A stretch of DNA of 62,877 nt, counting the filler, from an uncultured Synergistales bacterium (GTDB lineage: Bacteria; Synergistota; Synergistia; Synergistales; Aminobacteriaceae), in the NCBI GenBank assembly GCA_937897575.1. It is 5 parts of 5 records of this genome, joined end to end, with 100 filler letters (N's around TTAATTAATTAA, not from the genome) between each part and the next. Parts side by side here need not be neighbours in the genome. Positions count along the whole stretch, not along the records: positions 46,583 to 58,347 come from CALCQG010000017.1; positions 58,448 to 61,329 come from CALCQG010000027.1; positions 61,430 to 62,877 come from CALCQG010000047.1; 2 more parts are not named here. One strand, given 5' to 3'. The notes under the pieces were generated by a model. The model did not search any database. It saw nothing but the letters and a program-made list of their open reading frames with translations, and was not told the DNA's origin. Shown here piece after piece: positions 57,174-62,877 of this stretch. Every line of letters begins with the position of its first letter. Within the stretch, counting starts at the first letter, position 1. Made by a program: the position numbers and the translations under genes.

Positions 57174-58220
57174 GTGTTCGGAACGGACATAGGAATAGAC
57201 CTGGGAACGGCAACAGTCGTCATCTACACCAAGAACAAGGGGATCGTGCTCCGTGAGCCCTCCGTGGTGGCGGTGGATATCGATACGGGCAAGATCCTCG
57301 CCGTTGGGTACGAGGCGAAGAACATGGTCGGCCGGACTCCCGGCAATATAACCTCCGTCCGCCCGCTCCGGGACGGCGTCATAGCGGACTACACCATGAC
57401 GGAGGCCATGCTGCGCCACTTCATGAAGCGGATACAGCAGGGGCTCAGCCGGTTCTTCCGAAACAGGGTCATGATCTGCGTCCCGTCGGGCGCCACGGAC
57501 GTGGAGCGCCGGGCGGTCCTCGAGGCCGCCATCGAAGTGGGGGCGAAGGAGGCCTTTCTCATCGAGGAGCCCATGGCGGCGGCCATAGGGGCCAACCTCA
57601 ACGTCGAGGAACCGCGCGGCAAGATGCTCGTGGACATCGGCGGCGGCACGACGGACATCGCCGTCATCTCTCTCGGCGGCATCGTGGTGTCCAAGTCTCT
57701 CCGCATAGGCGGTGACCGGTTCGACGAGGCCATCATGCGCTACCTCAGAAAACAGTACAGCCTCGCCATCGGAGAGCAGACGGCGGAAAACCTCAAGATC
57801 ATGATTGGAACATGCCTCCAGGAGGAAGAGGAGAGCACCATGGTCATCAAAGGACGGGACCTCGTCCAGGGTCTGCCGCGGCAGATCGAGGTGTCGAGCA
57901 CGAGCGTTTCCATGGCCATTGGCGAGATGATACAGAGCCTTGTGGACGGCATACGGAACATCCTCGAGATAACCCCGCCGGAGCTCTCCGCCGACATCAT
58001 CGACAGAGGGATCGTGCTCACGGGCGGAGGCTCGCTCCTCAGAGGGCTGCCCGAGCTGATAACCCGACAGACGGGCATCGCCTGCTATACGGCGGATGAC
58101 CCCATGGAGTGCGTCGCCCTGGGGACGGGGAAGGCCCTCGCCGAAATCGACAAGCTCCAGGCTCTGGGCCATGGCGGCATCCTCATGAACAGCCGGCGCG
58201 CCCGGAAGAGGAAGGTCTAG
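57174..58220 (+). CDS. mreB: Rod shape-determining protein MreB/Mbl
   Basis: GIDLGTA, VDIGGGTT, LTGGGSLL. Confidence 0.95.
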   Translation: MFGTDIGIDLGTATVVIYTKNKGIVLREPSVVAVDIDTGKILAVGYEAKNMVGRTPGNITSVRPLRDGVIADYTMTEAMLRHFMKRIQQGLSRFFRNRVMICVPSGATDVERRAVLEAAIEVGAKEAFLIEEPMAAAIGANLNVEEPRGKMLVDIGGGTTDIAVISLGGIVVSKSLRIGGDRFDEAIMRYLRKQYSLAIGEQTAENLKIMIGTCLQEEEESTMVIKGRDLVQGLPRQIEVSSTSVSMAIGEMIQSLVDGIRNILEITPPELSADIIDRGIVLTGGGSLLRGLPELITRQTGIACYTADDPMECVALGTGKALAEIDKLQALGHGGILMNSRRARKRKV

Positions 58221-58276
58221 CCTCCGTCGACCGGGGCTTCCTTTGCCCTGTGAAGGTCGAAAGCGCTTCCGAATCG

Positions 58277-58347
58277 ATGAATCTCTGGTGGGCAGAGGGG
58301 CTTCGGTTCTCCTGCGTCGCTTGCGGGCGATGTTGCAGGGGGGAGCC
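58277..58347 (+). CDS. YkgJ-family Cys-cluster protein N-terminus (truncated)
   Basis: WWAEGLRFSCVACGRCCRGE. Confidence 0.7.
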
Positions 58348-58447
58348 NNNNNNNNNNNNNNNNNNNNNNNNNNNNNNNNNNNNNNNNNNNNTTAATTAAT
58401 TAANNNNNNNNNNNNNNNNNNNNNNNNNNNNNNNNNNNNNNNNNNNN

Positions 58448-58717
58448 CCGGTCCTCACGGCCCTCTCCGCGCCCGACGGGCGAGGCAGGGCCCTTCGGGA
58501 CGCCCTGGAGCGCCTGGGTGTCAACGCGGCGGGCGGACAGGGGAAGGAGCCGGACCTCATCCGGGTGGGGCACTATGCCCCCGGCGGATGGCCCGAGCTC
58601 TGCCTGCTCGCGGGGAGCCTGTACGGGGCGGGGCGGCGATGCGGCCTGCTCCTTGCGGATGGATTCTTTGGTGCGGCGTGGAGCCGCTGGTCGAAGGAAG
58701 GAGCGGAGGAACGATGA
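58448..58717 (+). CDS. Class V PLP aminotransferase C-terminus (serine-pyruvate/AGT-like)
   Basis: Manual translation gives AAGGQG...LIRVGHY; ATGA overlap with serA. Confidence 0.7.
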   Translation, partial: PVLTALSAPDGRGRALRDALERLGVNAAGGQGKEPDLIRVGHYAPGGWPELCLLAGSLYGAGRRCGLLLADGFFGAAWSRWSKEGAEER

Positions 58718-60363
58718 AGGTCCTGGTAACGGATACCATCTCCGAGACTGGGGTGGACCTGCTTCGGAGGGAGAAGGACTTCCAGGTGGAGGTACGCCCC
58801 TCCATGTCCCGTGAGGAACTGCTTCAGGTCGTAGCCGACGTGGACGGCATGATGACCAGGAGCGGGACCCCTCTGGACGGCGAGGTCCTGGCGGCGGCGA
58901 AGAGGCTCAGGGTCGTGGCCCGGGCCGGTGTGGGCGTGGACAACATCGACATCGGCGAGGCGAGCCGCCGGGGCGTGGTGATCATCAACGCCCCAACGGG
59001 CAACACCCTCGCCGCCACGGAGCACACCATGGCCCTCATGCTCTCCCTCGTGCGGAGGGTCCCCCAGGCCTGGCAGTCTGTGGGCCGAGGCGAGTGGAAA
59101 CGAAGCCGTTTCATGGGGATGCAGCTCTCGGGCAAACGGCTCCTCATCGTCGGCCTGGGGCGGATCGGGACTCAGATCGCTCAGCGGTGCCGGGCCTTCG
59201 GCATGGAGATCCTGGCCTACGACCCCTACATCACCGCCGCCAAGGCCGAGCGCGCCGGTGTGCGACTCCTGGACGACCTGACGGGAGGGCTGGCCCTGGC
59301 CGACGTGGTGACGCTCCACGTCCCCCTCACGGGCGAGACGAGGGGCATGATCGGAGCGCGGCAGCTCAAGGCCTGCAAGCCCGGGGCCTACCTCGTGAAC
59401 TGCGCCCGGGGCGGCCTCGTGGACGAACAGGCCTGCGCCGAGGCCGTCCGATCAGGCCATCTGACGGGCGTGGCCTTCGACGTCTACGACGGCGAGCCAC
59501 CCCGGGCGGACAACCCCCTGTTTGCCGAGGACATCCGGGACCGGGTGGTCCTCACCCCCCACATCGGGGCGAACACCGAGGAGGCCCAGTCGGCCGTGGC
59601 GGTCATCGCCGCGACGAATCTCGCGGCGGCCCTCCTGGGACGTCCCTACGAACACGCGGTGAACCTCCCCTTCTCCGAGACCCAGCTCTCCGACGAGAAG
59701 CGGAACTACCTCTCCCTGGCCCGCAAGATGGGGTATCTGGCCGCTCACCTCCTCCGGGACCCGGTGAAGGAGTGCAAGGTCACCCTTCGGGGCCCCCTCT
59801 TCTCCTCGGGGGACGAGCCCGTCTGCTTCGAGGTGCCCTATCACTACTCCCCCTTCACCATCGCCGGGCTCAAGGGGCTGCTGGAGTTCTCCCACGGCCC
59901 GGAGGTGAACTACATGTCCGCCCCGCTCCTGGCCGCCGACAAGGGCATCGTCGTCGAGGAGGGGCGCACCGAGAGCGGCACCTACCGCAACCTCGTCGAG
60001 ATGACCCTCGTCACCACGTCGGGGGCCCATGAGGGGGTGACCCTGGCCGGGACCATCACCGAGGAGGGGCGCCAGCGGGTGGTGAACATCGACGGCTACT
60101 GGATCGACTTCGTCCCCGAGGGCGTCGTGCTGCTCTTCAACAACCACGACCGCCCCGGGGTCATCGGCAAGGTGGGGAGCCTTCTCGGCGCGGCGGGGTC
60201 GAACATCGCGAACTTCGCCCTGGGCCGTAAGAACGGCAGCGGTCTGGCCGTCGGCGCGCTCCAGATCGACAACGACGTCCCCGACTCCGTCATCGAGGCC
60301 TTCAGGGAAGATGCCGATCTGATCTGGGCCGTGAAGGTCAACTTCTCGGAGTTCCACTCATGA
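58714..60363 (+). CDS. serA: D-3-phosphoglycerate dehydrogenase (with ASB and ACT domains)
   Basis: RAGVGVDNID, GLGRIG, NCARGG, TPHIGA, DRPGVIG. Confidence 0.95.
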   Translation: MKVLVTDTISETGVDLLRREKDFQVEVRPSMSREELLQVVADVDGMMTRSGTPLDGEVLAAAKRLRVVARAGVGVDNIDIGEASRRGVVIINAPTGNTLAATEHTMALMLSLVRRVPQAWQSVGRGEWKRSRFMGMQLSGKRLLIVGLGRIGTQIAQRCRAFGMEILAYDPYITAAKAERAGVRLLDDLTGGLALADVVTLHVPLTGETRGMIGARQLKACKPGAYLVNCARGGLVDEQACAEAVRSGHLTGVAFDVYDGEPPRADNPLFAEDIRDRVVLTPHIGANTEEAQSAVAVIAATNLAAALLGRPYEHAVNLPFSETQLSDEKRNYLSLARKMGYLAAHLLRDPVKECKVTLRGPLFSSGDEPVCFEVPYHYSPFTIAGLKGLLEFSHGPEVNYMSAPLLAADKGIVVEEGRTESGTYRNLVEMTLVTTSGAHEGVTLAGTITEEGRQRVVNIDGYWIDFVPEGVVLLFNNHDRPGVIGKVGSLLGAAGSNIANFALGRKNGSGLAVGALQIDNDVPDSVIEAFREDADLIWAVKVNFSEFHS

Positions 60364-60992
60364 AGCGGATCTTTCTGATACGCCACGGCGAGACGGAGTG
60401 GAATCGCGCGGGCCGCTTCCAGGGGCAGAGGGATGTCCCCCTGAGCGACCTCGGAAGACGGCAGGCCATGGCCGTTGCGGAGGTCCTCTCCTCGGTGCCC
60501 TTCCGGCGCGTTGTCGCCAGCTCCCTGTCCCGGGCCGTGGAGACGGCAAGGCCTCTCGCCGATCGGCTGGGTCTTGCCGTGGAGCCCGTGGAGGCCTTCA
60601 AGGAGATCGGCCACGGAGACTGGGAGGGCATGACGGCCGCCGAGGTGGAGCGGCGGCACCCCGGCGCCGTGGAACGCTGGCACACATGCCCTGGGGAGGT
60701 CACCATGCCCGGCGGCGAGAGCCTCTCGGACGTTTCGGCCCGGGCCTGGCCCGCCTTCCTCTCGCTGTTCGAGGACGACCGGGACCCCGCAGCGCTCTTC
60801 ATCCACGACGCCGTGCTCAAGGTCATCCTGTGCAACATCCTCGCGGCGCCCCTGGGGAGCTTCTGGCGGTTCCAGATCGCCAACGGGAGCGTCACCGTGG
60901 CGGAGATGGGGCCCAAGGGCCTCCGGATCGCCCTCATGGGCTACACGGCCGGCGAGGACCTCCTCTCCCGCCCGGAGCAGAAAGGACTGTAG
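60360..60992 (+). CDS. Histidine phosphatase, probable metal-independent phosphoserine phosphatase
   Basis: RHGET; E82 and H85 (EIGHG); coupled to serA. Confidence 0.8.
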   Translation: MKRIFLIRHGETEWNRAGRFQGQRDVPLSDLGRRQAMAVAEVLSSVPFRRVVASSLSRAVETARPLADRLGLAVEPVEAFKEIGHGDWEGMTAAEVERRHPGAVERWHTCPGEVTMPGGESLSDVSARAWPAFLSLFEDDRDPAALFIHDAVLKVILCNILAAPLGSFWRFQIANGSVTVAEMGPKGLRIALMGYTAGEDLLSRPEQKGL

Positions 60993-61329
60993 CAGACGAC
61001 CACAATGGCGAGCTTCTGCAAGCTCGCCATTGTGTGTCGGTCGCTATGCCGCGTCCGCTAAGACGCGGCGAGCAGATGACCGAAAACGTACGCCCCTTGA
61101 GAACGTCCGTTCTTCGTGTCAGATGCCCCCGTCGCTTCGCTCCGGGATCCTCTCTGACACGCAACATATGCGCCCTTCGGGTTTTATCTTGCGGTCATAG
61201 AGTATATGCCGAGCACTTTGTGATCGGCGAGCAGACGACCAAAAACGCACACCCCTTGAGAGCGTGCGTTATTAGTGTCAGATGCCCCCGTCGCTTCGCT
61301 CCGGGATCCTCTCTGACACGCAACATATG
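60991..61329. repeat. Structured hairpin repeat array: two 105-bp copies (61066-61170 and 61225-61329, 159-bp period) plus a shorter unit
   Basis: Direct comparison of the sequence; the last 55 nt of the two copies are identical; nested inverted repeats. Confidence 0.85.
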
Positions 61330-61477
61330 NNNNNNNNNNNNNNNNNNNNNNNNNNNNNNNNNNNNNNNNNNNNTTAATTAATTAANNNNNNNNNNNNNNN
61401 NNNNNNNNNNNNNNNNNNNNNNNNNNNNNGAACGCCGTCGCCGGACTTTCTGCCTAGGCCGAACTTGGAGGCAATGC

Positions 61478-61777
61478 AGAAAGTCCGGCGACGGCGTTCG
61501 AGTGGCTGTGGAGGAGAAGGGATCTCCCTCCGTCTCCGTGGACGTCTATCTCCTTGTCAAGTTCGGCCTTCGCATTCCCGATGTGGCATGGGACGTGCAG
61601 GAGTCCATCAAAAAGACGCTTGAATCCTACACCGGCTACGCGGTGAAGGCCGTGAACGTGAACATTCAGGGGGTCTATTTCGAGGACGTGCACGGTACCG
61701 CGCCCCAGGACGCCCCCTCGGCCGACAAGCCGGAGGACGAGGAGAAAATAATCCTTCCGGACGTGGACCAGCTGTAA
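61478..61777 (+). CDS. Asp23/Gls24 family protein (5'-truncated)
   Basis: VDVYLLVKFGLRIPDVAWDVQ...VNVNIQGV. Confidence 0.88.
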   Translation, partial: RKSGDGVRVAVEEKGSPSVSVDVYLLVKFGLRIPDVAWDVQESIKKTLESYTGYAVKAVNVNIQGVYFEDVHGTAPQDAPSADKPEDEEKIILPDVDQL

Positions 61778-61845
61778 AAGAACGAAATGACGGGGCCCGG
61801 CCCACGAAGGGCGTCGGGCCCTTTCCTTCACGGGAGTGGTGGGGT

Positions 61846-62343
61846 ATGTATCTCTTCTGGAAACGCAACGCCGGCGGCAGCATCACCCTGTCTCAGGAGG
61901 GGATCGTGCAGTTCGTGAACTCCTTCCTCGAGAAGCCCTATGTGTGCACCCATATCGCCCTGTCCTCGCGGGAGGATTGCCTCTTTCCGGTGATTGCCTT
62001 CCCTCAGGGGAGCAGCGCAGCCGACATGTCCGTGTCGGAGGCGAAGGTGAAGGCCGCCCTGAGCGCGATGGGGCTCTGCTCAAAGATCTCGTGGTCCGAG
62101 ATGAAACCGAACGCCGCTGAGCCTGCGAACATGGTCGGTTCAACGGCCGTTCCGTCCTTCGCGCAGCGGCCGCTGGTCTGGGGGCTTCTTGGCGCCGGAC
62201 TGTCCGTCCTGGTCTCGGGAGGGCTGGGAGTCCTTCTTTGGGCGGTCTTCTGGGGCCTTGTCCTCTATCTGGGAGCGCTCTTCGTCCGGTCGGACAGAGG
62301 GAAGCATTTGCTGAAAAGACTCCGCTCCGCATTGAGGAGATAG
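61846..62343 (+). CDS. Hypothetical membrane protein between asp23 and nusB
   Basis: ORF with a C-terminal hydrophobic hairpin. Confidence 0.65.
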   Translation: MYLFWKRNAGGSITLSQEGIVQFVNSFLEKPYVCTHIALSSREDCLFPVIAFPQGSSAADMSVSEAKVKAALSAMGLCSKISWSEMKPNAAEPANMVGSTAVPSFAQRPLVWGLLGAGLSVLVSGGLGVLLWAVFWGLVLYLGALFVRSDRGKHLLKRLRSALRR

Positions 62344-62347
62344 CGGG

Positions 62348-62827
62348 GTGAGCCGTTCCTTTCTTCCGCAGAAGCGCCATCGGGCACGAGAGGTGGCGCT
62401 CCAGCTGTTGTACTCGCTGGAGCTCAGAAAAAACCAGACATCCGACGACGCCCTGGAGTACTTCCCGCCCGAGGACGACCCGGAGATCCGCGAGTACACC
62501 CGTTTTCTGGTCACCGGCGCCTGGGAGCGCCGGGAGGAGATCGACGACCTCATACGGCGGCATGTGACGGGCTGGCGCCCGGAGCGCATGGTGACCGTGG
62601 ATCGCGCTGCCGTCCGGCTGGCCTTGTTCGAGTGTGTCCTGACGAAATCGACGCCCGTCGCCGTGGCCATCTCCGAGGCGGTGGAGCTCGCCAAGACCTT
62701 TGGCACGGAGGATTCGGGCAAGTTTGTGAACGGCGTCCTCGGGCGCATCGTGCGGGAGACCCCCCAGGCCGAGCAGAATGAAGAGCCCAGTCGTGGAACA
62801 GAGCCGTCCGATACTGACCGTCGATGA
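62348..62827 (+). CDS. nusB: Transcription antitermination factor NusB
   Basis: RHRAREVALQLLY, VAISEAVELAK, FVNGVLG. Confidence 0.95.
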   Translation: MSRSFLPQKRHRAREVALQLLYSLELRKNQTSDDALEYFPPEDDPEIREYTRFLVTGAWERREEIDDLIRRHVTGWRPERMVTVDRAAVRLALFECVLTKSTPVAVAISEAVELAKTFGTEDSGKFVNGVLGRIVRETPQAEQNEEPSRGTEPSDTDRR

Positions 62828-62877
62828 TCTGACGTTCCGCATCTCCGCCGCCCTGCTGACGGATCCGGCGCTGCAGT
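62778..62877 (+). CDS. xseA: Probable exodeoxyribonuclease VII large subunit N-terminus
   Basis: ILTVDDLTFRISAALLTDPALQ; usual neighbour of nusB; start uncertain. Confidence 0.55.
   Translation, partial: MKSPVVEQSRPILTVDDLTFRISAALLTDPALQ

Noticed and set aside
60991..61329. CRISPR array or hammerhead ribozyme reading of the repeat array
   Set aside because: The units are too long and lack unique spacers or nearby cas genes; CAGAYGA resembles the hammerhead CUGANGA but the stem II-GAAA arrangement is not conserved.

Overview
A GC-rich bacterial draft assembly, probably Synergistota (inferred from the tmRNA tag, the L36 extension and the amino-acid-fermenter gene content). Five contigs are joined by artificial N-TTAATTAATTAA-N spacers. 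Contig 1 (1-29124) carries an L-Ara4N (arn) envelope-modification cluster with a split arnA, an inserted dedA and no arnB. It also has an operon of a DUF2179-like gene, a degenerate PAS-GGDEF gene, an FAD oxidoreductase and truD; a PrsA-like foldase; a divergent ThiF-family E1 and MoaD-like gene followed by an S9 peptidase; and a LacI-controlled operon of two short-chain chromate transporters, an M24 peptidase, a Dpp-type ABC importer, a YwrD/HpxW-type GGT-family hydrolase and an amidohydrolase fragment. Contig 2 (29225-46482) begins with the end of a prophage integrated at the 3' end of tmRNA (P4-type integrase, cI/cro switch, AlpA, AAA ATPase). It continues with smpB, tRNA-Pro(CGG), tupBC, a divergent malic enzyme, rtcB, ttcA and others. 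Contig 3 holds the spc/alpha ribosomal operons through mreB. Contig 4 holds a serine-biosynthesis operon followed by a covarying hairpin repeat array. Contig 5 holds asp23-nusB-xseA. The most notable observations are the structured repeat array, the chromate transporter/GGT-like operon, probable non-canonical start codons and the prophage immunity region. No CRISPR array or rRNA gene was seen.
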